This document shows positions 43,350-57,192 of a stretch of 64,000 bases of DNA, piece by piece. The stretch is taken from assembly GCF_009914755.1 (NCBI RefSeq), contig NC_060936.1. One strand, given 5' to 3'. The notes beneath the pieces were generated by a model. The model was not told where the DNA came from and searched no databases. It was given only the letters and a program-made list of their open reading frames with translations. The stretch is from the human T2T-CHM13v2.0 reference genome, Homo sapiens. The first letter of the stretch is position 1, and each line of letters begins with the position of its first letter. A program made the translations under genes and the position numbers.

Positions 43350-43770
43350 TGATATATATATGTTAGTGATATATATATAAAATATATATCACTCTTATTA
43401 TATATTATATATATTATATAATATATAATATATTATATTATATAATATATTATATATTATATAATATATATAATATATTATATATTATATAATATAATAT
43501 ATTATATATTATATAATAATATAATATATTATATATTATATAATAATATATAATATATTATATAATAATATATAATAATATATAATATATTATTATATAA
43601 TATATAATAATATATAATAATATAATAATGTGATTATATTATATATAATATGTAATATAATAATGTATATATATTATATATGCATTATATATAATGATTT
43701 TCTATCAAATGTATATTTAAATCTACCTACTTGTGTTATATATTTATATATGTGTGTGTGATATGTATAA
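43350..43770. repeat. AT-rich (TA/TAA) low-complexity tract
   Basis: About 420 bp, nearly all A/T. Confidence 0.96.
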
Positions 43771-45671
43771 TTTTAAAATATATCTGTATAGCTACTTAAT
43801 TTGTATTTCCAGCCCAATTCAGTCTAGTGACAGAAAATATAACTCATCAAGTCTGGGTAATCTCAAATAATTCGGCTAAATTCCTCAATTCATCAATTTC
43901 TCCCTCCTCCAGCCTCCGCATAATTGATTCTAACTTTCAGGGAGTTGAAGCAGCACTGCCCTGGGGGGCTCTCTTCCAGCTCTCAGCCCCTCCCTGCACA
44001 GCTCTGGTGCCCACGGGGATGCGCCCACGGGGATGCAAGGCCCTGTATGACCATCAGACCTCCTGTCCTCACTTGAGATGTTTATTTCTAGTCCCCAGTC
44101 CTGCCCCAACCACAGGATGTAACCCAGACCCTGGTCTCTATTCCAAGATTCATCCTTGTCAAGCGGTTCTCAGCAGCATGCCTCTGCCACGCCCAGTCAC
44201 AGAGGACGATATTGGCTCCCCTCTTTATGGGGGGAGGATAAAAAGGATCATATCCCAGACCCCTGGGCTTAAGGCTTCCATGTTCCCATCTCTACTCTTT
44301 AATGCCAGGATGACATAGGGTACTTTCTGCAGGCATAGACAACCAGGCAGGAAGAGGGGCCCATGTTCCTTGTAATCTCAGATCACAAGTACCCTCTGGG
44401 GATCTATCACCCCAAGCTTGGTGCATGGACAAGGGGTACCTTATTCTCTTCCTTTCTTCTAAGACTATGCACTGCCTCTCCCCCAGGCAAATGGAATCTT
44501 GTCAATTCCAAGTGAGTTTGGAAAAACTCATTCTTTTTTACTTATTGTTTAGATCGGAACCTAAAATCGAAAGTTCCAGGAAGCTCAAGTTCTTATAACT
44601 AAAAAGGCTTTTCTCTCTCAAGAGCATTGGCTCTGTCTTTTCCATGTTCTACTTTGAAACACAAAAGCTGAGCTCGACATTGATTTAATTGCTTTTTATT
44701 TGAATGATTGCTATAAGTGACACCTTTTGGGGCAGTATGTCCTAGCTGGTTGAATTAGAGTTGGGAAACACATTGCAAGAAAGGGTAGAAAGAGGCATAC
44801 TTTATTGAATCTTTTGGAGTAACTTTTGTGCCTGTTACCACAAGCTTATTTTTGATAAGATGCTTCCTAACTTTCCTCGCTCACCCCTACCTCATCTCAG
44901 GGCCAAGCACGAAAGTTGTTTTATACATGCTAGGTTTGGCTGATTTCAATGTGACTTCCCCAGGGCAGAAGAGACAGTGGTTGAAGGATGAAGAATCAAC
45001 CTACCCGGGGGAATCAAAGATTGATCCCAGGGAATGGAGCAGATATAATTAAATAAGTTTTTTCTTTCCCCAGTGTATCTAATATTCATTTTTGTATTTA
45101 CTTGGAGCAAATGAATTTAAATGAATTTTTAGTTAGAGTTAAATCAACTCATTAAAACACATTGAAGGAATTAGAAATGTAAAATCATTTCCTGCTGCAA
45201 TTCATTCATCTCTAAGTCTATAACTGACTTGAATCTAGGTAAAGGTCATTGCTTAAAGGGGACAGTGGCCCTTATTCTTGCAACCTACAAACTTTTACAG
45301 TTTGCATGGAGTTTTCACATCCATGAACTCAAGCAAGACTGAATAGGCCTGTATGGTGAACAAACAGGAGTAAATGCCTCCACTATTCAGGGGAGGAAAG
45401 TGAGCTCAAAAAAGTTTAATATTGTTGCCTAAGGATACTCAACCAGCAAATGGCAATATCGAGACAGGAGCAGGTCTTCAGTCCAAACCCACAGAGCAGA
45501 GCTTGCCCAGGAAGCTGATCATTCTTGTACCACCTTCTCCATCACTGGACCTACACCCTGCCCTTCTTTACCCAGCTCTGACCTCTCAGATGCTGAACCT
45601 GGGGTGCCCTTGTCATTGAACTTCGAGTTGCATTATTTTCCCATTGTTTTACCTACAATTAACTTGCCGTC

Positions 45672-45985
45672 TTTTTTTTTTTTTTTTTTTTTTTTTTGAG
45701 ACAGAGTCTCACTCTGTCGCCCAGGCTGGAGTTCAGTGGCACCATCTCGGCTCACTGCAAGCTCCGCCTCCCAGGTTCACGCCATTCTCCTGCCTCAGCC
45801 TCCTGAGTAGCTGGGACTACAGGCTCCCGCCACCATGCCTGGCTAACTTTTTTTTTTTTTTGTATTTTTAGTAGAGACGGGGTTTCACCGTATTAGCCAG
45901 GATGGTCTCGATCTCCTGACCTTGTGATCTGCCCACCTCGGCCTCCTAAAGTGCTGGGATTACAGGCACGAGGCTCCGCGCCCGT
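45672..45985 (-). mobile_element. AluY-like
   Basis: gcaagctccgcc, ttcacgccattc, ttagccaggatggtctcgatc. Confidence 0.94.
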
Positions 45986-46335
45986 TCTATCTTGCCTTAT
46001 TTTTAAAAGTATTGCTCACTCTAATTTTCTTCTATACTAACAGTTTCATGAAGAACATTTAAAAATTTAATCAATCTGATTTGTGCTAGGTGACATGGAT
46101 AAAGTAAGAAGCCAGCTTCTTGTTCTCTAAATATATAGTTGATAATTAGATAACAACCTAAATTTCCTTCAAAGTGATTTAATTTCCATAATGTTCCAAA
46201 TTTGCATATATACTTGGAGTGGTTTCATGGCTATATTCTTCTTGATGGACCTGTCCATATCTGCATGAGTACAATGTTGGTTAAATTACTCTAACTTTAA
46301 TTTTTATTTAAGTGGCTAACCAGGCTGACCCCTTG

Positions 46336-46366
<31 letters not shown>

Positions 46367-46729
46367 GTGGTTCTTTAACATTTTCTGGGACTTTCTCACT
46401 TGTATTTTTTCAGCATCAAAAATCTTATTATCCATGTAAGTACAACTTTTTTTAAATTTAAATTTAACCAAAATTTAAAACTACGCAAATTAACAATCCC
46501 ACTCATGGAAAGACATGGTCATTTTCAGAAGAACAGAAGTTCCTGTACCACAGTGAAAATACATCAACTGTTTGCATGTTTGAGTGTGTGCTGTTGTTCC
46601 AGTGCATGTTGGTGCTTGATTCATTTCTTCCTCAGTGGCCTTATATAGTGTGCACTGTCATATCTCCATCTTACAGATGAGAACAGTGAATTTTCTCACT
46701 TTTATCTTATATCAAGTTAACTTTTGAAA

Positions 46730-47200
46730 ATTTTTTGTGAAAATCCAATAAATATCCTACTAGAATGCTAGCAGAGTTCGTCTCACATTTTTAGATTAAT
46801 GTGGGGGAAAGGAGTTCTCCCTGATGTTGAATCATACCCAGAGAAGGTACATGTCATTGGGCAGTCTTTCTATAACATGAGTCTTCAACAGAGTTCTATT
46901 GTTTTCGTCATATAATTCATACACATGTTTATCTCATTCTTATTTATTTCTGCATGTTTTATGATGTTTGTCACTATTGTGGAGAAAATCCCTCATTATA
47001 GTTTTTGGAAAACAAAATATATAAATATTGGCTAAGAAGAGAAAGCAAAATTATTTATTTTGCAGACAATATAATTACTTTTAAGAAAACCCAAGAGAAT
47101 CTACAAAAGTATAGTATTAAAAACAATAAAACAAAATATGTGGATAATACCAAAAAATATAAAAATCAGTAGCTTCCTATAAAATAATTACTTCACCTTA
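46730..47200. mobile_element. Highly degraded old L1 ORF2 fragments in both orientations
   Basis: 47040-47180 resembles the L1 RT region ('tttgcagacaatata...gaaaacccaagagaatctacaaaa...aaaatcagtagc'); 46730-46980 looks like antisense L1. Confidence 0.5.
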
Positions 47201-47779
47201 AAAATTACTTTCCTATGGAAAGGAAGTTGTATATATATTTTACATAAACGCCTAATATAAATCACAAATTTTACGTTGAAAAATGTTCCCTTCTAGTTCA
47301 GGCATTATTTGCATCTATAAAATTTTAATTGCTTCTATCAATATGTAGTGTTTTACTTATTAGGATATTTTAAAGTATTATTTTTTAAATCACATTATGC
47401 TCAGCAAGTCACTAAGTACATCTGACATTACCCTTGCACCCTCTTTCACCGGCATGCAGATGTGCAACCCGCAAGCAACTTGTCACCACTTCAAATGTTG
47501 GTGAGGATAGTGGAGCTGAAGAGCACTGTAAATTACTGTGGGATTAGCATGACTAATGTTTAATTAACTGGGTTCTAGAAAGACCAGAAGATGTTCCGCC
47601 GTTTTCCCTGGTGGAAATACTGCCCCTTTGAGAATGTGTCTCGCACAGCCCCCTCCCGCATCGGTCCGTGCTAGCTCTGCAGCTTTATTTCATCAGGCTG
47701 GAGTCTCCTTTTCTCTCCCATGCTACAGTTCGTGAACAAATGCTGTGGATGCCATCAGGACCAGCCTCCTGGTTCCTTT

Positions 47780-47912
47780 ATGACCATGCGGTCACAAAGC
47801 GTCCCTTGCTTGGAAGGGGTTCAATGCTCTGCTATCACGGTCATGAACTTCTTCATAGTTTTTAAACAAGAGGCCCCACATTTTCATTTTGCACTACACC
47901 TTGCAAATGATG
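47780..47912 (+). mobile_element. MER91A-like hAT fragment
   Basis: 'ttcaatgctctgct...tttaaacaagaggccccacattttcattttgcact'. Confidence 0.7.
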
Positions 47913-48437
47913 CCATTATGTCCTGTCCAGGCTCTGATCACGTCTCGCTGTTGCCTCTGTTGACATCAGGTCCTGGCCACCATCGCCTGTCTCTTAGAGG
48001 ACAGTACAGGCCCTTCAAGTGCTCCCTGCAGATGTCCTTACTCCAGCCGACTGTGGAATCTCTCAACCAACAGCCAGACAGAGCCTCCTAAGCTCTGCCC
48101 ACCCAGATGGTGTCACTCCTCTGCTGACCCCTCCCCTGGGGGACCAGCTCATCAGAGTCAAGGCCAGGGTCATGGCATCGGCCTCCCAGGTTCACCCCGT
48201 CGGGGCCCACTGTTCCGCCTTTCCCCAGCCCTCTCCCTCACTCCTCAGTCACAGCAGGATGGCCGCTCCTGTTCCTCTAGCACGCGAAGACCCTTCTGCC
48301 CAGGGCCTGGCATTGTTCACAAATCCTCCTCGCCAGCGGCACACAGGACTCCTGCACCTGCCTCCTTCAGGTCTCTTTACTCAAAAGGAGCAGTGAGGCC
48401 TTCCTCAACCAAGGTCATTAAAGTTCTAAAGTTAGAA

Positions 48438-48548
48438 GGGTTGTCAGCATTAGAGAGTAAAAATACAAGACCCGATTAAATGTGAATTTTGGATTAACAA
48501 TAAATAGTTTTAGTATAAGTATATCCCCAGTAGTTCATGGGAAATATG
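48438..48548. mobile_element. MER53-like hAT MITE, one arm
   Basis: 'gggttgtcag...taaaaataca...ttaaatgtgaatttt...ttttagtataagtatatccc'. Confidence 0.65.
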
Positions 48549-48549
48549 T

Positions 48550-49070
48550 ATAATAAATATATGTACAAAGTGTATGCATGTGTGTATATATGCATAATAT
48601 ATATAGCACATATATATTTAGTATATGTATATGCCATGCATATATAAATTTAGTACAAGTATACTAAATATAAGTGACATATATATATTTAGTAAAAGTA
48701 TACTAAATATAAGTGGCATTGGACTTTATGCACATGGTCGGCAAAAATAGTGAAAAGTATGGTATAAATATACATATATGATATAAATATGTTATATATA
48801 CGTATGGTATATTAGTGTATATATTTATTTTACTTATATTAAATATATACATAGTATATCTAGTATTACATATACACATAGTATATATAGTGTTATATAT
48901 ACATAGTATACAGAGTATTATATAGAGTATATATAGTATTATATATACATATATAGTATATACACATAGTGTGTATGTATAGACTATGTAGTATAGGTAG
49001 ACTAAATATATAAACTAATATAGCACACATATATATCATGTTTCTACCATATACACACATATTTATATCA
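48550..49070. repeat. (TA)-rich low-complexity tract containing one arm of a 60-bp inverted repeat
   Basis: Arms at 48713-48771 and 49059-49118. Confidence 0.85.
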
Positions 49071-51469
49071 TTTTTTTCACTATTTTCACTGACCCCTGTG
49101 CATAAAGTCCAATGCCACATTCACCACCAGTGGCCCTATAGTCCTCCCATGTATTATTTTTCAATTGGATGTGTTGCTATCTGGCGTGCTATATATTCGA
49201 CTTACTTATCCTTTTAAAGAAATTGTCTGGCTATCTCCTCTGATCGATGGCCATAGGTGGGTGAGTCACCTTCATTGTCCCAGGTTTAGCTGGGAACCAG
49301 GGATAGTGTCTGCTTGGATGGTAACTGAAGAATGCGTAATTATCAACCAGGCATTCTTGGGACAGCCACCCTCTCCCTTGTGCCCAGAGAGACCAGGTAG
49401 GTCAGTGCACAGAGAGAGTGAGCAGAGGGGAGACACAGAGGCAAGTCAGCCCCTTCCTCTGGCTCCGGGTCCTTTCTGGAGCTGGCTGTGTACTTGCCCT
49501 GGGTCTCCCCCAAACACAGCTCTTTAATAAAAACCTTCTTTTTCCATAAGCTGACTCAAGCTGGTTAATGTTACTCACAACTAAAGAAGTCTTTTTAGCA
49601 ATATCCTAGAATGAGGCATTATAGAAGCTTCTGTATTTAAATTCTGAAAGTTCTTCCCTCAGTCTGACCCCAATCTCCATGAGGTGCATCTCTTTCCTTA
49701 TGCCCAGGGGATGCTAACAACTATTACTGCAGCAGTCTGTGGCTTCAGGTTTAGCGCCAGAGCTGCTCTTGAGAACTGCCGGGGTGACAAAGCAGAATTC
49801 CAGCGGTGGGGATCTGACATCGGCACTCTCTCAAGCTCTCCGTTCTAACCGCAGAGGACTGAGAGCCACTGATCTAGACAGGATTGATTGGAGGTCACAC
49901 AAAGGGTGGCCGTGTTGGGCCTGGATCCCAGGCTTCCGGACCCTGTAGCTGGATTCTATCTAGTGATGCGTCCTTGATGATCAATTTCTTTTGAACCTGG
50001 TAAGGCTGCCTGTTCCTATCATTGATGACTCAGTATCAGTTGTGATTTTCCAAGAAGAATCTGCTTTAGTGAGGGTGTTCACAATGTATGGGCTTGAGAA
50101 CGCATGTCTTCTTGCTCACAAGGATGGATGGTCACATTCAGGAGTCATTCACAAATCCGCTTTCTTCATATCTTTGGAATCTGTTCCCTTTTTCTCACCT
50201 CTGCAATTCCCCTCATTCAAGCCCTAAGCACTCCCTGGCTGTCTATGCATCCCCTTCTGTAACCTCCACCCCATCTGTGACCATCCATTTCATGTCTGCC
50301 TTCTCTGCAAGCTCTGTCAGAAAAAGGAGGCCCTCAGAGGCACTGGCGTCTCCACCTCCAGCACGCAGAACAGCTCCCTGCAGAGGCTGAGGGCAGCATC
50401 CATCCCTGTGGAATGAATTAATGAGGAAGTTCCTTCCTCTCCCCAGGGCAGTGCCTGCCCCAGGGCACAGGTAAATTCCTGACTCCTGGGGACTCACCTC
50501 ATAACAGTGTACGTCTTTCTCTCTCTAAAGACATTAGCAACCACTAGATCATATACACAGGGAGTGCAGGGAGCACCCTGCAGTCTGCAGCAGTAATTTC
50601 CGGCTGGAAATGAGACCAGGCTCCGAGAACTTGAAATGGGTTATTTTGTTTGTCTGTTCGTTGCTTGGTTGGTTTTCATGTTATCTTTTCATCTGCTTCA
50701 CTCTCTCACTGGGGCTCTTCTCTCCTTGCAGAAAGAAAATATGTTTCAAATGACTTTGCCTGTCAGTTCCCTCTGCTCTGTGCCAGCTCTGCGCAAACTT
50801 CAAGAGCTCTCAGGCTCACACTGCCCTGCTCCTCGGTTTGCTAAGGGAGATGCCTTCAGCTGCCTGTAAGGTTGGTGGGGTACGTGTCCTGCTAATTAAC
50901 CTGTTAGCAAACACTGAGGACAAAGAAGCCAGCTGTCAGTTGGTACAGAGGAGAGGAAAATTCAAATGGTGTGACTTGTACTCGCCCCTCAGAGACATCA
51001 CTCACCTCTACCTGTTTCTGGTTGGGAGAAACAGGATGTTTCATCGCAGGCTGCAATCAGTCCTGTTATTTGGCCCAGAGTGAGCCAGGGCCTCCCCGCA
51101 GACAACTGCCCGCTCCAGCATTGCCTCTGGATGGCAAGATGTACCCTGCAAAGGATGTGGAGGGCATAATTAATCCCCAAGCTATTACACTGTGTCCAAA
51201 GCACACGCAGCTGAGAAATATAAATGGAGAAGGAAACTGTGGGTGCAACTCTGTGTATAAGTCATTGCTTTTTTTTTTTCCTTAATGTTGGGAGTAAAAG
51301 GTTTACGTAATTGGTAGAATTAAGACGACTTTTTGTAAAGGCAGAATTCCTTTCTTCATATAAGGCACAAAATTTCCTGGAATTTCAGAAATTTAGGGGG
51401 ATGACTCCCAAATATTTGTGCCTCTTGTGCCCATTACAAAAAATACTCAAGTGAAAAGCAACAACTTGC

Positions 51470-52084
51470 ATAAGTCAGTAAGGTTTCCGAATCATGGAGC
51501 CTGCGTAACTCAGTAAAGTTTCTGAAGCATGGAGCTTGCATGAGTCAGCAAGGTTTCCAAGCACGGAGCTTGCAGGAGTCAGTAAGGTTTCCAAGCACGG
51601 AGCTTATATGAGTCAGCAAGGTTTCCAAGCATGGAGCTTGCATGAGTCAGTAAGGTTTCCAAGCATGGAGCTTGCAGGAGTCAGTAAGATTTCCAAGCAT
51701 GGAGATTGCATGAGTCTGCAAGGTTTCCAAGCATGGAGCTTGCATGAGTCAGCAAGGTTTCCAAGCATGGAGCTTGCATGAGTCAGCAAGGTTTCCAAGC
51801 ACGGAGCTTGCAGGAGTCAGTAAGGTTTCCAAGCACGGAGCTTGCAGGAGTCAGTAAGGTTTCCAAGCATGGAGCTCTCATGAGTCAGTAAGGTTTCCGA
51901 AGCATGGAGCTTGCATGAGTCAGTAAGGTTTCCAAGCACGGAGCTTGCAGGAGTCAGTAAGGTTTCCAAGCATGGAGCTTGCAGGAGTCAGTAAGGTTTC
52001 CAAGCATGGAGCTCTCATGAGTCAGTAAGGTTTCCAAGCATGGAGCTTGCATGAGTCAGCAAGGTTTCCGAAGCATGGAGCTTG
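51470..52084. repeat. 34-bp VNTR, 18 units, consensus (t/g)gagtcag(t/c)aaggtttccaagca(t/c)ggagcttgca
   Basis: 18 aggtttcc-type anchors counted at 34-35 bp spacing. Confidence 0.97.
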
Positions 52085-52131
52085 ACTTGGGAATGGGTTG
52101 GGAGGGTTTGTAGGAAGAGAATTTCTTTTCC

Positions 52132-52434
52132 TTTTTTTTTTTTTTTTTTTTTGAGAGGGAGTCTCAGTCTGTTGCCCAGGCCAGAGTGCAGTGGCAACAT
52201 CTCGGCTGACTGCCACCTCCGCCTCCTGGGTTCAAACCATTCTCCTTCCTCAGCCTCCCGAGTAGCTGGGATTACAGGGGTGCACCACCATGCCAGGCTA
52301 ATTTTTCTATTTTTAATAGAGACGGGGTCTCACCATGTTGGCCAGGCTGGTCTCAAACTCCTGACCTCAGGTGGTCTGCCTGCCTCGGCCTCCCAAATTG
52401 CTGGGATTACAGGCGTGACCCATCACGCCCGGCC
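52132..52434 (-). mobile_element. Alu (AluS-like)
   Basis: Poly-T plus antisense dimer. Confidence 0.95.
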
Positions 52435-53119
52435 TCTTCTAACTATTTTGAAAAATAAAATAGATGATGGTAAATTATAGTCACCCTGCTGATTTATCTA
52501 ACACTAGGTCTTCTTTCTTCTAGCAAACCATATATTCGTACCCATTAATCAACTCCTCTTTATCTACCTTCGTCCTTATCTTTCCTGGACTCTTGTAACC
52601 ACCAACTTCCTGTCTTCATGAGATGCCTGTTTTTATCCCCCACATATGAATGAGAGCTTGCAATATTTGTCTTTCTGTGCCTGGTTTATTTCACTGAACA
52701 TAATGACCTCCAGTTCTATCCATGTTGCTGCCCATGACTCGATCAGTCTTTTTTTACAGCTAATATTCCATCCTGCGTCTATATCACAGTTTCTGTATCC
52801 ATTCATTCATTGATGGGCACTCAGGTTGATTCCACATTTTGGCTACTGTGAATAGTGCTGCAATCAAGATGAGAGTGCAGGGATCTTTTTGATTTATTGA
52901 TCTTCTTTCTTTTGGATACCCCACTTGGTAGTCAAATTACTGGGTCATACTGTAGTTCTGCTTTTAGTGTTTTTTGAGGAACCTCCGTATTGCTCTTCAC
53001 AGTGGCTGCACTAACATAGGTTGCACCTGTGGACCAGGGTTCCCCTTTCCTCCCATCCTCACCAGCATCTGCTATTGCCTGTCCTTCAAATACAAGCCAT
53101 TTTAACTGAGGTGACATGA

Positions 53120-53639
<520 letters not shown>

Positions 53640-54364
53640 TGAGTCTTTTTTGAAAAATGTCTATTCAGATATTTTTCCTCCCTTAGACCATCACTCTCCT
53701 TACTCTCCGTGTGGCTACCATTAGCATCCTCTCCTAATTTACAGCTTAGCAGCTGCTGAGAACTAAAAAATCAGATAACCAAGATGGTTGGTGTCGAGTA
53801 TAAATAGATCCCGAAGTCTTTGCATGAAAATATTGTGAAACACATTTTCATTTTTGGAGTCATTTTTTATTAGTAACATCCTGATAGTTGAATCTGGTAG
53901 ATAAGTGACTTCCAGTTACCAGTTCAGACTGGCTCAAGGTCAAAGATAAGGGCTGGGGGGTTGGATCTGGCTTCTGGGTGCCATAGATCCAGGTGCTGAA
54001 ACTATGTCATCTCTTGCTTGCCTGGGTGGGCTGCAGCAAGTTCCAGGCTGCAGCCTTCCAGCTCCGTGGCATTTAGAGAGAGCTGCCCCTTGTCAGCAGG
54101 TACAGCAAGAACCCCAGGAAGATCTCACCTATAAGCAGAAGACAAAACAAACAGGAAAAAAAAAAACCATCCTGGGAAGTGTAAACAGCTCTGGAGCCAG
54201 GAAAGGTGGGTGAGTGAACATCCTTTAGGCCCCAACACACAGACTGGGAGGGAGGGAGTCTGGATCCTCGAAGCAAATTGAGCAGCTTCTACCAGAATAG
54301 TAGAGGGGTTGCTGATTAAACAAAAAACATATATTCATAACTTCATTTAATTTTTTAATGCAGT

Positions 54365-54810
54365 TTCTTTTTCTTTTTCAAAAACTTTAATTTCTGGGAT
54401 ACATGTGCAGAACGTGCAGGTTTGTTACATAGGTATACATGTGTCATGGTGGTTTGCTGCACCTAGCAACCCGTCATCTAAGTTTTAAGCCCCGCGTACG
54501 TTAGGTATTTGTCCTAATGCTCTCTCGCCCCTTCCTCCCCACCCCTCCCTCCTGACAAGGCCTGGTGTGAACCAACCCAAATGCCCATCAATGGTAGACT
54601 GAATAAAGAAAATGTGACATATATACACCACGGAATACTATGCACCCGTAAAAAAGAATGAGTTCATGTCCTTTGCAGGGACATGGAAGAAGCTGGAAGC
54701 CATCATTCTCAGCAAACTACCGCGGGAGCAGAAAACCAAACACCACATGTTCTCACTCAGAAGTGGGAGTTGAACAATGAGAACACATGGACACAGGGAG
54801 GGGAACAACA
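54365..54810 (-). mobile_element. L1PA (PA8-like) 3' end with 5' inversion (54570-54810 on + strand)
   Basis: Antisense 3' UTR to ...ggtgtg, then a sense segment ending gacacagggaggggaacaaca; flanks ttctttt(t/c)cttt. Confidence 0.9.
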
Positions 54811-55254
54811 TTCTTTTCCTTTATCTTATATTTGTATGTTGAGAAGCTAAGAATGATTCTAATTTAGGCAGTTCAAGCAGTGTTTTTGAATCAATTCTAC
54901 TCTACTTTATGTTGGATGTCTCCACAATGGAAGATATTAGAGGAATATTGGAGAATAGGGTGATGAGGCAATAGGGGTTGCTATGAGCCATTGAAGACAG
55001 GCTAGGGCATGACCCTTTTTGTTCCTGAAATCACTCTGGGTGCTATAGCAACTCATCCCCTGATGGAGACATTATCTGCACAATCTCACTGCATCTGCCT
55101 CGTCTCATCTCCGAAGACCACAGCGGCTGAGAGCAGAAAGATCACCAGCAGGTCACCCCTCATTCCACGCTGAAGTCCCCTCCAGCACAACCACACCGCC
55201 TGGTCATCCAGCCCATGACCTCTCAGAGGATGCACAAAGGGAGGGCCCAATAAC

Positions 55255-55577
55255 TTTTATTTACTTATTTTTATTTATTATTATTATTATTTGAGACAGA
55301 GTTTTATTCTTGTTGCCCAGGCTGGAGTGCAATGACATGATTTCAGCTCTGCAAACTTCGCATCCTGGCTTCAAATTATCTCCTGCCTCAGCCTCCCGAG
55401 TAGCTGGGATTACAGGTGCCCACCACCACACCTGGCTAATGTTTTGTATTTTTTTTTAGTAGAGACAGGGTTTTACCATGTTGGCCAGTCTGGTCTCAAA
55501 CTCCTGACCTCAGATGATCCACCTGCCTCAGCCTCCCAAAGTGCTGGGATTGCAGGCGTGAGGCACTGCACTCAGCC
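55255..55577 (-). mobile_element. Alu (AluS-like)
   Basis: TSD cccaataactttt. Confidence 0.95.
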
Positions 55578-55620
55578 CCCAATAACTTTTTAAGGCTCTA
55601 AGAAAATGTCTTTTTTAAAA

Positions 55621-55932
<312 letters not shown>

Positions 55933-56619
55933 GAAAACTTCTTTTTTTTAATGAAGGAATTACAAAACGGGCTTTGAAGTAATGTAGAATACACTTATAT
56001 ATTTACAAGTTGACATGGGGACACACTCCCACAGAGTGCACAGTGACGTGAGTGTAGTAACTTAATGTGGTAAGATTACATGACCCCTGCACGTGATGAA
56101 GTCTGGCCATGAGCCCTGTGGGAGGAAATTTTGATAAATGTCTTCCTTCAATCATTTCACTGTCTGCGTCCTGGTTCTGAACTTCAAAAGTTGCATGTGA
56201 AGTCTCTTGCGAATATGAGACTCGGGCCACATAGCCGATCGCACTCACCCATCATCCAAGATGTCTGCCTGGGCTCTGATCTGCTCTGTTCTTGCTTTCC
56301 TCCAGGGACGGGTGGCTCAGTACCTCACAGAAGCAAGTCCTGCCTTTGGAAAGGAAGTTCTTTACTATTTTGATATGAAATATGCCTGCTTAGTTCTCAG
56401 AGCAAGAGTGTCAAGAGTACACAGCCCAAGAGGCCCGGTGGAAGCTGCAGCCTTCTTACCTTCTTATGTTGGAGATGGGAAGCCCCAGAATGTCCCTTCC
56501 ACAGCGTTCTGTGGTCGGCAAGTCACCAAGCCAGCCTGGATTCCAGGAAGCAGAAAGGGAGTTCCCTTCCGCCTCCCTAATGCCATGGAATGGGGAAGGG
56601 TACAACTCTAGGATCAGAC

Positions 56620-56790
56620 CCAAAGGGAACTGTTGTGAATCTTGATTTTGTGACTTCTTGGCTATTGGATTTGGGCCAATTATTTGTCATCTCTGTACCT
56701 TAATTTACTCATCTATGAAAGAAGGACTAAAAATACTTATCATAGGAGAAGACAATATGTAAGCCACTTGGCAATGTGCCTGGGACCTAG
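56620..56790 (+). mobile_element. MIR
   Basis: 'ttgggccaattattt...tctctgtaccttaatttactcatctatgaaa'. Confidence 0.6.
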
Positions 56791-57192
56791 TGAGCGATTC
56801 TTCTCACTTATTATTGTTTTCGTCATCATCGACATCATCGTCACCATTACTTTTCATTGTCTTTGGAAATTTGGACAGAGACCACAGGCAGATGCGGTGC
56901 CGTATTCCCACAGGGCTGGAGCAGCGGGTGTGTTTTTCTGTGATAGCAGCGCTTCCCGGAACCAGCAGGGTACACGTTATTTGACCTGAAGGGCGAGGGA
57001 GTTCAGAGCCTACAGTGATGAGAGAAAGCCCTGAGTGAACGTTTCCTTTCAGCTTCGTGAGAGGAAGAGTCTAAATAGGGGAGCCATCCCCAAAACCTGA
57101 CCACGAGCAAGGGTGCAAAATAGGGTGCAGTCTCTTCACATATCTAGACAGGAGTATGAACCTCCTTGGGAGCGTGCAGGCTGGCAATACCC

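Larger units (their letters stand above)
47920..49340 (+). mobile_element. L2 3' region interrupted at about 48412-49118
   Basis: 'gccaccatcgcctgtc', 'cagatggtgtcactcctctgct', 'cagggcctggcatt', 'cagtgaggccttcct'; L2-like tail resumes after 49120. Confidence 0.6.

Noticed and set aside
46337-46366. Orphan 30-nt poly-T as the tail of a processed pseudogene
   Set aside because: No adjacent mRNA-like body or TSD; the surroundings look like decayed L1.
51470-52084. Regular 34-bp repeats as a CRISPR-like array or coding repeat
   Set aside because: Units are contiguous with no unique spacers, there are no cas genes, the context is primate, and 34 is not a multiple of 3.
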